Below the pieces are notes generated by a model. It had not been told where the DNA came from. It ran no database searches and was given only the letters and a program-made list of their open reading frames with translations. The translations under genes and the position numbers were made by a program. 43,290 nt of DNA from an uncultured Candidatus Bathyarchaeia archaeon. Its GTDB lineage: Archaea > Thermoproteota > Bathyarchaeia > Hecatellales > Hecatellaceae. The DNA lies in the NCBI GenBank assembly GCA_964485425.1, contig CAZAJK010000001.1, forward strand, positions 1 through 43,290, read 5' to 3'. Every line of letters begins with the position of its first letter. Within the stretch, counting starts at the first letter, position 1. Below are positions 1 to 8,776 of this stretch, one piece after another.

Positions 1-5
1 ATGTT

Positions 6-608
6 ATGGCTGAGATTAGGAGAAACAGGCTTATACCGGAAGCCACAGCCAACAGCTGGGAATACTACGCTGAACCTCTCTTGAAAAAACTGAAAAACCT
101 GAAGGAGCGAAATCCAAACCTTAAGCTTCACTGCTATGGCAGCTCGGCTTACGAGCATTTATCCTCCCATCTAGCCGTGAAAATCGCCCTCCTAACGCTT
201 AGAAGCATGACCACGGGTAAAGTCGACGTGCAAGCCTGGAGGAGGCTGCTTGAGGAAGACCTTAAAGCCGGTGGAGAAGCCTTGGAGGACGCTGCCGACC
301 TCCTAGTTGGCTGGGCTGAAAAATATGGTGGAGGAACCTGCATCTCCAGTGTTCCAAGAGACCCGCTGGGTGAAAAACTGAAGGAGAGAGGCGTTAAGCT
401 TAGAGTTTTAGAGGTTGAACCTAACTACGTGCCAACCCCCATGGAGACCCTTAAAAGGGAGGTAGCGAGGGGGGCTGAAGACGACAGAATTAGGGAGCTA
501 GTTCAAGCCCACATAAACTATGTGAGGCGCTTCGTGCTTCCAAGCCGAAACCTTGATGAAGCCTATTGGAGGTGGGTTGAGTCTAGGAGGCGCGAATTTA
601 AAGGCTAA
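6..608 (+). CDS. hypothetical protein (no family recognised)
   Basis: 200-aa ATG-initiated ORF and the only long frame here. The antisense 64-aa ORF looks like a shadow. No motif I can name. Confidence 0.45.
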   Translation: MAEIRRNRLIPEATANSWEYYAEPLLKKLKNLKERNPNLKLHCYGSSAYEHLSSHLAVKIALLTLRSMTTGKVDVQAWRRLLEEDLKAGGEALEDAADLLVGWAEKYGGGTCISSVPRDPLGEKLKERGVKLRVLEVEPNYVPTPMETLKREVARGAEDDRIRELVQAHINYVRRFVLPSRNLDEAYWRWVESRRREFKG

Positions 609-999
609 CCTTCAGTGAGGCGATTTCCTTCCTCAGCCTGATGAGGTCGTGAAGGTTTCGATGGAGCTCGTGGTGTAGGGTATCCCAGTCGAGGGATCCC
701 CTTTCAAGCTTGCTGAAAATAAGCCCTGTAGTGAGTAAAATTCCGCCGCAAATGTTGCTAGCTAAAGGCTCCGGAATGGCTAAACATAAAACACCTATTT
801 TGGTGAGTTTCCTGCCAGCTTCGCCAAGCTGGTCTTTCCGCAGCAGCTCTTCAACAAGCTCCAGTTCTCTAGCCAACTCCCTGAGGTTTGCATCTGCCCC
901 ACCATACGCATGGGCGAGCTCTTTAACCGTTTTAAGAATGCGTCGAATTCTCTCCAAATCTTGACGTCTAACCTGGTTTCTAGACAGGCTGCTGGCCAC
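598..999 (-). CDS. hypothetical small protein with a central hydrophobic hairpin
   Basis: 133-aa ORF with a GTG start at 999. It is preceded by AGGTG with a 9-nt spacer, which is SD-like. Helical charged N- and C-terminal parts flank the hydrophobic stretch IGVLCLAIPEPLASNICGGILLTTGLIF. Confidence 0.5.
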   Translation of the reverse strand: MASSLSRNQVRRQDLERIRRILKTVKELAHAYGGADANLRELARELELVEELLRKDQLGEAGRKLTKIGVLCLAIPEPLASNICGGILLTTGLIFSKLERGSLDWDTLHHELHRNLHDLIRLRKEIASLKVSL

Positions 1000-1180
1000 C
1001 TCTCAGAACACCTATGAAGGCTTAGGCTCCCACTTAAGATAAAGCATCCTCAGCTTTGACGATGTATCTTTAGCTGGAAGATTTCCAGGCTTAGAGGGTA
1101 AATATCTCCTCCTTCAAAGCTTAAAGCTGTAAATGGCCACGGCTTTCAGGCCTTCTGTTTTAAATGGTTGAGAAAAACGT

Positions 1181-1945
1181 TTAGCCTCCCTTAAGCTCAA
1201 TAATCTTGCCAAATCTGTCCTCAAGCAGCTTTCTAAGCCTCCCGGTATGCACGCGGAGACCTACAGGTTCGGAGGACTCCAACTGCCCGGCGGTAGGAGC
1301 GTAGAAGATTAAGATTTCCCTAAAGTCGGAAACCACCAGGTTTAGGGGTAAGGGGAAACCTTCAACCTTAGGCTTAAACCTTTCAAGAAAACCTTCAAAA
1401 CTTCGGCTTCCAACAGCCTCCTTTAGAGCTGGGTCCACGACCACGTGAATCTTGACGCCTCGACCTTCAGCCTGCCTCAAGGCTTTGACTAGCAGGCGGA
1501 ATATTTTGGGAGGGAGAGAGGCGCAGTGGAAGATTAGCCGTTGGGAGGCTTCCTTAACGAGTTTTAAGGCGGCCTGGTAGGTTCGCTCCTCACCCCTAAC
1601 CACCCAAGCGTTAAACTTGTCTTGAAGGCCCTCCCTATAGTAAGCCTCTAAAGCCTTAATTCCGTCTTCAACCTCCTTGAGAAGCCTCCGTTTACGCTCC
1701 TCTAGCGAGGCTTCCAATGGGAGGGGAGCATAGTTAGCAGGTCTTCCAGCAGAAACCACCTGCACGAGGTTTTGAACCTCAAGGCTGTGAAGGACATCGT
1801 ATATCCTGGTTCTCGGAACTCCTGAGGCCTCGGCTATGGTTCGAGCGTCAGCTGAGCCAAGCTTAACCAGCGTAATGTAGGCTTTCGCCTCATACTCGGT
1901 TAAGCCGAGCTTTCTAAGCACGCTGATTAGGCTTTCCAAGCCCAT
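1181..1945 (-). CDS. TrmB-family transcriptional regulator
   Basis: N-terminal winged HTH (LGLTEYEAKAYITLVKLGSADARTIAEASGVPRTRIYDVLHSLEVQNLV) typical of the TrmB family, plus a C-terminal effector-like domain. Divergent from the ABC operon. Confidence 0.8.
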   Translation of the reverse strand: MGLESLISVLRKLGLTEYEAKAYITLVKLGSADARTIAEASGVPRTRIYDVLHSLEVQNLVQVVSAGRPANYAPLPLEASLEERKRRLLKEVEDGIKALEAYYREGLQDKFNAWVVRGEERTYQAALKLVKEASQRLIFHCASLPPKIFRLLVKALRQAEGRGVKIHVVVDPALKEAVGSRSFEGFLERFKPKVEGFPLPLNLVVSDFREILIFYAPTAGQLESSEPVGLRVHTGRLRKLLEDRFGKIIELKGG

Positions 1946-1952
1946 CGATAAT

Positions 1953-1963
1953 ACTCTGAGAGT
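1953..1963. promoter_or_regulatory. perfect 5-1-5 palindrome ACTCTGAGAGT between the trmB-like gene and the ABC operon (candidate operator)
   Basis: Read directly from the sequence. It lies 8-18 nt upstream of the regulator ATG (1945) and next to the AT-rich AAAAAGTTTATTT (1967-1979), which could serve as TATA for either direction. Confidence 0.3.
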
Positions 1964-2033
1964 TACAAAAAGTTTATTTCGCCTAGCCCAAAAACCCTAT
2001 CAAGGTCTTCCTTAGGAGAACTCGGGGAGCCGC

Positions 2034-2756
2034 ATGCTTCAGCCAGCCCTTGAACAGGCATCCTACGCCGCTGAAACTGTAAACTTAACTAAGGTTTATA
2101 GGGCTGGAGGCTTCCAAGTCTACGCCCTCCAAAACGTAAACTTGAAAATTAGGAGGGGTGAGTTCCTAGCGGTCGTCGGCCCCTCAGGCTCGGGGAAGTC
2201 CACCCTGCTAAACCTGCTCGGAACCCTCGATAAGCCTACCAGTGGGAAAGTTTTCATCGACGGCGTTGATACTTCCAAGCTTGACGGCGGCGCGTTGGCT
2301 AGGCTTCGCAATGAGAAGATAGGCTTCGTCTTCCAAGCCTACAACTTGATAAATCGCACTAGTGTGCTGCGCAACCTTGAACTTCCAGCCATGGTGCTGG
2401 GTATTCCGCCGGAGGAAAGGCGGAGGAGAGCCTTAGAACTCTTAGAGCTTATGGGGCTAAGCGATAAGGCAAACCGGAAGCCTGTGGAGCTTAGCGGAGG
2501 CGAGCAGCAGCGGGTGGCCATAGCCCGAGCCTTAATGAACCGTCCAGCCCTCGTGCTAGCAGACGAGCCCACGGGCAACTTGGACTCGAAGACTGGCCGA
2601 GGAATTTTTGAGCTCCTGCGAAGGCTTTGTAGGGAGCAGGGTGCCACCGTGGTTGTGGTAACCCACAATTTGGAGCTAGCCTCCACGACTGATAGGATAA
2701 TTCATCTTAGGGATGGTAAAATTGCGGGGGAGGAGGTGCCTAAAACTCATGGGTAA
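2034..2756 (+). CDS. ABC transporter ATP-binding protein, MacB/LolD/FtsE type
   Basis: Walker A GPSGSGKSTLLN, signature LSGGEQQRVAIARAL and Walker B LVLADEPTGNLD. About 240 aa, typical of the MacB-type ATPase subunit. Confidence 0.9.
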   Translation: MLQPALEQASYAAETVNLTKVYRAGGFQVYALQNVNLKIRRGEFLAVVGPSGSGKSTLLNLLGTLDKPTSGKVFIDGVDTSKLDGGALARLRNEKIGFVFQAYNLINRTSVLRNLELPAMVLGIPPEERRRRALELLELMGLSDKANRKPVELSGGEQQRVAIARALMNRPALVLADEPTGNLDSKTGRGIFELLRRLCREQGATVVVVTHNLELASTTDRIIHLRDGKIAGEEVPKTHG

Positions 2757-5433
2757 AGATTATTCCACCCTTAAAGCCGGAATCCTGATTGCTCTCATGC
2801 TGATGCTCGGTTTTCAAGCAGGCCTCCCAGCTCAAGCCCAATCCGTGAACGTGAAAGTGGTGAGGGTTTATTGGGGGGAAGACAGCCCCGTTCAGGCTAG
2901 GCCCGGAGACCTAAACATCCCTCTCACGGTTATAGTGGAAAACCTCGACACAGTAACCATCAACTATCTAGAAGCTAAACTCAAACTTGCCGGAACCCCC
3001 TTCAGCAACCCGGTGCATAAGAGCGAGGCCTACAGTGGGGCTTCATCCATCCTTCCAGGGGGGATGGCAAGCCTAGTCTTTCACCTCAACATCGACGAGG
3101 AAGCCGAACTGAAAACCTATACCGTCCCCCTGGAGTTAACGGTCTTCACTTCTAAGTATGCTTCGGGAGTGTCTGTTGAGCTCAATGTTCCCATACCCCT
3201 CTACGGGGAGGTTCAAATTTCCGCCAGCCTAAGCCCAGCTGAAATCCAGCCTGGCAAACGTGAAATACTGGTAAGACTTGAGAATCGGGGGGAAGCTGAA
3301 GCTTCAAGTTTAAAGGTAACCATCTCGCCTGTTTCGCCTTTAGCGTTGGCTGAAGGAGACGGCTACTTCGACGTAGGGAGCCTCCCCGCTTCAGCTTCAA
3401 CCGAGATACCGTTGAAGCTTTACGTTCCTGAAGCCGCTGAGGGGAGCATAGGCGCCATAAACGTCAACTTAAGCTATGTCGACGCATATGGTAACTCTTG
3501 GACGGAAACAAAAACGCTAAGCCTTTCCATAACTAGCCTAGGCGAATTCTTCGCCGTGGAGGTTTCCCCTGAAACCGTTAGGCCTGAACCCAGCCGGATA
3601 ACCTTCACCCTAATCAACCTTGGAAGCGAGGAGGCCGTCGACGTGGAGGCATCGTTAACCCTGCCAGCTGGCTTAAGCCTCCTAGGCCAAGACGGTGTTT
3701 GGAGGTTTAGCTGTATCCCGCCTGGAGGCGAATCCTCCTTTACGGCTACCCTCTACGCCTCTAAGGCTGCGGTAGGCTCAGCTGCCCAGGCAAATCTCAC
3801 CATAACCTATAATGCTGGCGGCTTAACGAGGGTTGAGGTTAAAACTTTAGGGTTTAAGATTGAAGAGCCTACGGTTTCCCATGTTAACCTTGAAGTGGTT
3901 GATGTTGGCTGGGGGAGCATGGCTAACCCCATTAGAGCTGGGCCGGGCGACGAGGCTGCACCACTCTACGTAGCTCTTCAAAACCGTGGGGAGCACACCG
4001 TCGTAGGCGTTAAAGGCGAGCTTGAAGTTGAACCTCCCTTCTCAAGCGTTAAGGGTGAAGCGGTGGTTACGGCTTTCACCCCGATTATTCAGCCGGGCCA
4101 AATGGCTGAACTCGTCTTCCCCCTAGACATAGCCCCCGACGCTGAGGTTAAAAGCTACGAGTTAAAGCTGAAAGTCAGCTACCTAATCTTAAATGAGGTT
4201 TCAACTCCCCCCACCTACGTGGAGGCAGGCCCTGTAAACTTCACCTTAAATGTCCCCCTCTATGGAAAACCCGTTCTAAATTTGAGGGCTGAACCTTACA
4301 GGCTTGAAGCTGGAAGCCTAAACCAGGTAGCCTTCACCATTGAAAATAAGGGGTCTGGAGACATTCAAGACCTGAATGTTTCGCTTCAGCTCCCCGCAGC
4401 TGTGGGTGGTAGAGCACCCATAGCTTTGGCGGGGGAAGACAGCTTCTGGCATTTCGACAGGCTGGAGGCGGGGTCGGAGAAATCCTTTAAGGTGGGGTTA
4501 AGCGTTAGTAGGGATGCTGCTGGACCCTACACGTTGACGTTCACTTTAACCTATAGGGATGAGTGGGGGAACCCCTACGCTGAAAATCGAAGCCTAGGAA
4601 TCCACGTTTCACCTAAGGGGCCTATGGTAACTGTAAGCAGCTACAGCCTTGAACCTGAAGCCGTAAAGGTTGGGGAGACCTTTAAACTTAAACTTTCAGT
4701 GGAAAACTTCGGTGAAAGAGAGGTTCACCAGGTGGCTGTTCAATTGGTGGCTCCCCAAGGTTTCTCCGTACTCACCCCTTCAACCATAAGCTTAGGCAGC
4801 CTTAACCCCGGGGAAAGCAGGACGGTTGAATATTTGGTTGCCTCCTCACCCAGCGCTCAGGAGGGTGTAGTTTACACCTTCGAGGTTGACATAAGCTATG
4901 TGGACAGCTCAGGCATGGCTGGGGTGAATCGAAGCCTCCTAGGGGTGCCTCTCCACGGAATAGTTGAACTGGTAACATTCGACGTGGCTGTAAGTCCAAC
5001 CTACCCTGGAGGAAGCTTTAACCTAACCTTCACCCTCCTAAACCGTGGAACCACCACCGCCATGTATACCATGGTTTCCCTGGTTTCCGAGCCTCCCATC
5101 GAGGCGGCGGAACCCCCCACCTATGTTGGAGACCTAGACCCAAACGCCCCCCTACCCTTAACGCTTAAGGGGTATGTAAGCCCGGAGGCCTCGGAGGGAA
5201 CCTACCCTGTGAAGGTCAAAGTCTTCTATAAAGACGAATACCATCAGCCTCACACCGAATATTTAACCTTCCAGCTTGAAGTCTCGAAAGCCTTTACTAC
5301 CACAACCCCTGGGAAGGCGGAGGTTAAACCAGCCTTCACCATGCCAACATATACCTATGCAATCATAGGTGTGGTGGCGGTTGCCCTAGCATTCCTGGCT
5401 TTTCGGAAGCTTAGAAGGAAGGCAACAGTTTAG
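2749..5433 (+). CDS. large cell-surface protein with repeated CARDB/COG1361 (S-layer-like) beta-sandwich modules, signal peptide and C-terminal TM anchor
   Basis: I prefer ATG 2749: GGAGGTG lies 10 nt upstream, and the start overlaps the ATPase stop (ATGGGTAA). Signal-like N-terminus MGKDYSTLKAGILIALMLMLGFQAGLPAQAQS. Repeated PLYG...ENxG modules and many N-x-S/T sequons. C-terminal TM IIGVVAVALAFLAF followed by RKLRRK. Confidence 0.8.
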   Translation: MGKDYSTLKAGILIALMLMLGFQAGLPAQAQSVNVKVVRVYWGEDSPVQARPGDLNIPLTVIVENLDTVTINYLEAKLKLAGTPFSNPVHKSEAYSGASSILPGGMASLVFHLNIDEEAELKTYTVPLELTVFTSKYASGVSVELNVPIPLYGEVQISASLSPAEIQPGKREILVRLENRGEAEASSLKVTISPVSPLALAEGDGYFDVGSLPASASTEIPLKLYVPEAAEGSIGAINVNLSYVDAYGNSWTETKTLSLSITSLGEFFAVEVSPETVRPEPSRITFTLINLGSEEAVDVEASLTLPAGLSLLGQDGVWRFSCIPPGGESSFTATLYASKAAVGSAAQANLTITYNAGGLTRVEVKTLGFKIEEPTVSHVNLEVVDVGWGSMANPIRAGPGDEAAPLYVALQNRGEHTVVGVKGELEVEPPFSSVKGEAVVTAFTPIIQPGQMAELVFPLDIAPDAEVKSYELKLKVSYLILNEVSTPPTYVEAGPVNFTLNVPLYGKPVLNLRAEPYRLEAGSLNQVAFTIENKGSGDIQDLNVSLQLPAAVGGRAPIALAGEDSFWHFDRLEAGSEKSFKVGLSVSRDAAGPYTLTFTLTYRDEWGNPYAENRSLGIHVSPKGPMVTVSSYSLEPEAVKVGETFKLKLSVENFGEREVHQVAVQLVAPQGFSVLTPSTISLGSLNPGESRTVEYLVASSPSAQEGVVYTFEVDISYVDSSGMAGVNRSLLGVPLHGIVELVTFDVAVSPTYPGGSFNLTFTLLNRGTTTAMYTMVSLVSEPPIEAAEPPTYVGDLDPNAPLPLTLKGYVSPEASEGTYPVKVKVFYKDEYHQPHTEYLTFQLEVSKAFTTTTPGKAEVKPAFTMPTYTYAIIGVVAVALAFLAFRKLRRKATV

Positions 5434-5466
5434 AGGGGACTATGAGCATATAGGCTTGGTGCCGGG

Positions 5467-6726
5467 TTGAACCCGCTAGAAGTCTTCAGATACGCCTTTG
5501 AAGCCTTAAGGGAGCGTAGGACACGCTCCATCCTAACAGTGCTCATGGTGCTCATCAGCGCGGCGCTCATGACGGCCTTAAACGGGATGAACGCCGGCAT
5601 GTCCAACTTCATCCTATCAGAGTTCAGCGCCCTCTCACCCAACGTGCTTATAGTTATCCCTGGAGCCGAGGTTGAGGGCAGAGGCTTCCATATTACCTCC
5701 TCAACCAAGGTGACCTTGGACGCCCACGATGTAAACCTGATTAAGCGCGTTAAAGGGGTGGAGGAGGTTATCCCCTTCATTCAGGGGGTTGCAACCCTCC
5801 ATTCAGGGGTTAAAGCCATAAGGGTGACCGTGGTAGGCCTGGACCAAAGCAAAATCCACTACGTTTACCCCACAGCCAGGCTTGAAGAAGGATGCTTCGT
5901 CTCCCCCTACGATGCCGTCGGAATAGTGTTGGGCTCCGAGGTTGCTAGGCCGCCTGGAGAAACCCGGCCCTTCGCCCTCGTAGGCCAGGTGCTCTCCGCC
6001 GAATACCAGCACACTACAATTGGGCTTGAAGGCCGGCTTGAATCAGCCACCGTTAAACGCTCCTTCGTCGTCAGAGGCATCCTAGAGTATACGGGGGCTC
6101 CAGGCTTCGCCAACATAGATCGTTCAGCCTTAATTTCGCTTCAGGCAGCCAACAGCCTCTTTAAGCGTGGAAGCCATTATGACGGCATAATCGTGGTTAC
6201 GGTTTCCCCAGACCTAAACGACCAGGTTAAAGAGGACATTGTAAACCTCTACAGTAACAATGTGGCTGTGATTTCTCCTAAAGCCATAGTCCAGGTGATT
6301 CAGCGCGCCATGGCTGGCTTCTCCACCTTCACCGTAAGCATTGCAGCTGTTTCGCTTATCGTAGCTGCCGTAGGAATTATTACCACGCTTTTCACCTCGG
6401 TGATGGAGAGGACCCGTGAAATAGGCCTCTTGAAGGCTTTAGGGTTTAGGGACTGGCATGTGCTCGTCATGTTCCTCTGCGAGGCTTTAATTGTGGGCCT
6501 TATGGGTGGAAGCTTAGGGGTGGTGGCAGGCTATGTGGGAGCCCACCTCCTCCTCATGAGGCCTATAAACATGGGAGTAAGACCTATCCTCATCCAGCCT
6601 GTTTTCAACCCTATGGACCTAGCCCTCATCTGGGCTTTCACCCTAGCCGTAAGCCTCATAGCAGGATTTTACCCGGCTTGGAGGGCTTCAAGGCTAAACC
6701 CTGTGGAAGCCCTCCGGAGGGAGTAG
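5467..6726 (+). CDS. ABC transporter permease, FtsX/MacB family with large extracytoplasmic domain
   Basis: N-terminal TM, a roughly 250-aa extracytoplasmic domain, then three C-terminal TMs with the FtsX-type ERTREIGLLKALGF motif. TTG start. Confidence 0.85.
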   Translation: MNPLEVFRYAFEALRERRTRSILTVLMVLISAALMTALNGMNAGMSNFILSEFSALSPNVLIVIPGAEVEGRGFHITSSTKVTLDAHDVNLIKRVKGVEEVIPFIQGVATLHSGVKAIRVTVVGLDQSKIHYVYPTARLEEGCFVSPYDAVGIVLGSEVARPPGETRPFALVGQVLSAEYQHTTIGLEGRLESATVKRSFVVRGILEYTGAPGFANIDRSALISLQAANSLFKRGSHYDGIIVVTVSPDLNDQVKEDIVNLYSNNVAVISPKAIVQVIQRAMAGFSTFTVSIAAVSLIVAAVGIITTLFTSVMERTREIGLLKALGFRDWHVLVMFLCEALIVGLMGGSLGVVAGYVGAHLLLMRPINMGVRPILIQPVFNPMDLALIWAFTLAVSLIAGFYPAWRASRLNPVEALRRE

Positions 6727-6733
6727 TGAGAGG

Positions 6734-7129
6734 CTACTTTGCCTCAAGCCTCTCCTTAAGCCTGTCAGCCAGACTTTTAGCCTCACCCTTCTCCACGTAC
6801 ACGATTCTAGTTTCCAGCCTTACAGGGTAGCCTAGAAGGTTGAAAAGCTGGTGGAGTGTTTCTCCATCGATGGTTCCCTCAAGCCTCCCCGAGGCAATAA
6901 GCTGAGCTAGCTCTCTTACTATGGCTCTGGCAGCCTCCGGATACTGTTCTAGGGCTGCCTCTAAAACCTCCCGCCCCCTCCCAGCCAGCCTGCTCTCCAC
7001 CAACTTGAGGGGGTCCGGCGGCTTAGCTTTAACCGTTTCAGCCTCAGCCCTAACCATTTTACGCTGCATCTCCATAAGCTTTCTAAGTTTAAGCCTCTCA
7101 AGCTCAGGGTCTTCTATTTCCCCGCTCAA
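6734..7129 (-). CDS. PDCD5/TFAR19-like double-stranded DNA-binding protein (tentative)
   Basis: 131 aa. Charged N-terminal helix (ELERLKLRKLMEMQRK) and a helical core resembling archaeal PDCD5 homologues. TTG start with AGAGG 8 nt upstream. Confidence 0.5.
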   Translation of the reverse strand: MSGEIEDPELERLKLRKLMEMQRKMVRAEAETVKAKPPDPLKLVESRLAGRGREVLEAALEQYPEAARAIVRELAQLIASGRLEGTIDGETLHQLFNLLGYPVRLETRIVYVEKGEAKSLADRLKERLEAK

Positions 7130-7183
7130 CCTTGAAGCCTCTAGCGCATAATGGATGAAGCCTTCAAGGCTGAATAAAGCTTG

Positions 7184-7720
7184 CTAGCCCGTTAAGGCTT
7201 TTAAAGCCTCTTCAAACGCCTTTACAAGCTCCTCATCCAACCCGACGAAAATTACCTCTTTAAGGCTTGTCCCAGCCTCCACATGCTCCCTCAAAGCCCT
7301 AACCATAGCTTCGGCGGCGACGCTTGGAGGCACACCGCCAACCCCTGTGCCCATCCCGGGGAAAACTACGCTTGAAACACCAAGTCTATCGGCGCACTTC
7401 AAGGCGGCTGAAGTTGCCCTGTAAACCTTCTCTGGAGTGGTGGTCATGGCTGGACGCTCCATGGTTGGGGCGTGGATAACATATTTGGCTTTAAGTTTTC
7501 CAGCTGTGGTGGCAACTGCCTCCCCAACGGGGCATGGAGCCTGCCTCCTAGCCTCAGCCTCGATCTCAGGGCCTCCGGCACGCTTAAGAGCTCCAGCTAC
7601 CCCTCCACCCATGATTAGGAGGCTGTTGGCAGGGTTAACAACAGCCTCAGCCTCCACCTCTAAAATGTTAGCCTTTAAGGCTTTAAGGCGGACTCCTCGA
7701 AACTCTCCTTCGAAAGCCAT
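7184..7720 (-). CDS. macro domain protein (ADP-ribose binding / O-acetyl-ADP-ribose deacetylase-like)
   Basis: AVVNPANSLLIMGGGVAGALKRAGG and FPGMGTGVGG motifs, as in Af1521-type macro domains. 178 aa. Confidence 0.8.
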   Translation of the reverse strand: MAFEGEFRGVRLKALKANILEVEAEAVVNPANSLLIMGGGVAGALKRAGGPEIEAEARRQAPCPVGEAVATTAGKLKAKYVIHAPTMERPAMTTTPEKVYRATSAALKCADRLGVSSVVFPGMGTGVGGVPPSVAAEAMVRALREHVEAGTSLKEVIFVGLDEELVKAFEEALKALTG

Positions 7721-7782
7721 GTTTACCCACCAGGGAATAGGGTTATGAAGTGTGTCTGTTAAATCTTTACTGGTGTTTAAAT

Positions 7783-8214
7783 ATGGCTGGAGGCTACCGC
7801 TACCTTGAACATTCCAGCGACATTTACGCTGAGGCCTGGGGTGAAAGCCTTGAGGAGGCCTTCGAGAACGCTGCTAAAGCCCTCTTCGACGCCATGACCG
7901 ACATTAAGCTTGTGGAGGCTAAGGTTGAGGTGGAGGTGGAGGCTGAGGGATTAGACGAGCAGGAACTCCTCTACAGCTGGCTTGAAAACCTCCTCGTAAA
8001 ATATGAGGTGGAAAGCCTGGTTTTCTCCAAGTTTAAAGTTCAACCTATAAGGCAGGATGGAGAACTCCTCAAGCTTAAAGGCCTAGCTTCAGGTGAGCCT
8101 TTAAACCTTGAAAAACACCCTTCAAAGGTGGAGGTTAAAGCTGTAACCTACCATATGATGGAGGTTAAAAGGGAGGATAAACGCTTCCTAATCCGCGTGC
8201 TCTTCGACATTTAA
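7783..8214 (+). CDS. archease (RtcB activator)
   Basis: YRYLEHSSDIYAEAWGESLEEAFENAA at the N-terminus and VKAVTYHMMEV near the C-terminus. I prefer ATG 7783 over the upstream GTG 7750. Confidence 0.85.
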   Translation: MAGGYRYLEHSSDIYAEAWGESLEEAFENAAKALFDAMTDIKLVEAKVEVEVEAEGLDEQELLYSWLENLLVKYEVESLVFSKFKVQPIRQDGELLKLKGLASGEPLNLEKHPSKVEVKAVTYHMMEVKREDKRFLIRVLFDI

Positions 8215-8762
8215 ATCCTCATAAGCGGAAGCAGCGGGCGGAATTTCTGAGAAGTTGAATATTGCTGGTGGACCCTTCGGCCTAGCTTAATTTCTAAAAT
8301 CTCAGGGATCACTTTATGTTCAAGTCTGGGTGAAGGCTGGCCGAAGGTTAAACCCCTACACTCTGAAACCACGTAAATGTAGAATTCCCTGCGCCCATAA
8401 CGGTAAAGGGAGAGTTCAGGGTTTCCAAAGGATGGACGCTCAAAAACCTTGAAGGGCCAAAGCTTGCAGGCTTTAGGCTTAATAGGTTGAAGGCCGCATA
8501 AGCCTTGACCATTCTGCCAGTAGAGGAAGTAGCAGGAGCCGTCTGGCCTCCGCCTCAAATACATTTTACCCATAGCTACGTCTACGTAGCCGTGGCCGTG
8601 GGTTTGAACTATCTGGGCATACTCGTGGGGTGTTAGTTCTACTAGGTAGCGTCGGCAGCAGTCCCCACATGCCTGGCAAACCCAGTCGTGGACAAGCCTC
8701 CAAGGTACCAGTCTTCCTGAATGTAAGATTTCCCGGAGTAGGTTGAAGGTTTGGAGAGCCAT
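8211..8762 (-). CDS. YkgJ-family cysteine-cluster protein (UPF0153, putative Fe-S/Zn binding)
   Basis: CQACGDCC motif near the N-terminus and further conserved Cys residues (CYFL, CGLQ, CKLWPF). Confidence 0.65.
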   Translation of the reverse strand: MALQTFNLLREILHSGRLVPWRLVHDWVCQACGDCCRRYLVELTPHEYAQIVQTHGHGYVDVAMGKMYLRRRPDGSCYFLYWQNGQGLCGLQPIKPKACKLWPFKVFERPSFGNPELSLYRYGRREFYIYVVSECRGLTFGQPSPRLEHKVIPEILEIKLGRRVHQQYSTSQKFRPLLPLMRI

Positions 8763-8776
8763 GGCCCTAGGCCAGG

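Noticed and set aside
2339-2686. Long antisense ORFs opposite real genes (for example 2339-2686, 21412-21852, 38425-38808, 39813-40220 and 42051-42374)
   Set aside because: All lie fully inside strongly supported genes on the other strand. Their translations are Ser/Pro/Leu/Arg-rich and low-complexity, with no motifs. They are typical shadow ORFs.
2713-2748. Upstream starts offered by the ORF track (ATG 2713, GTG 7750, TTG 10209, ATG 30442, ATG 14716)
   Set aside because: Each would overlap the preceding gene or a promoter element and add non-conserved residues. In each case a downstream start agrees better with homologue N-termini, a signal peptide or gene spacing, and 2749 and 10245 also have an SD at normal spacing.
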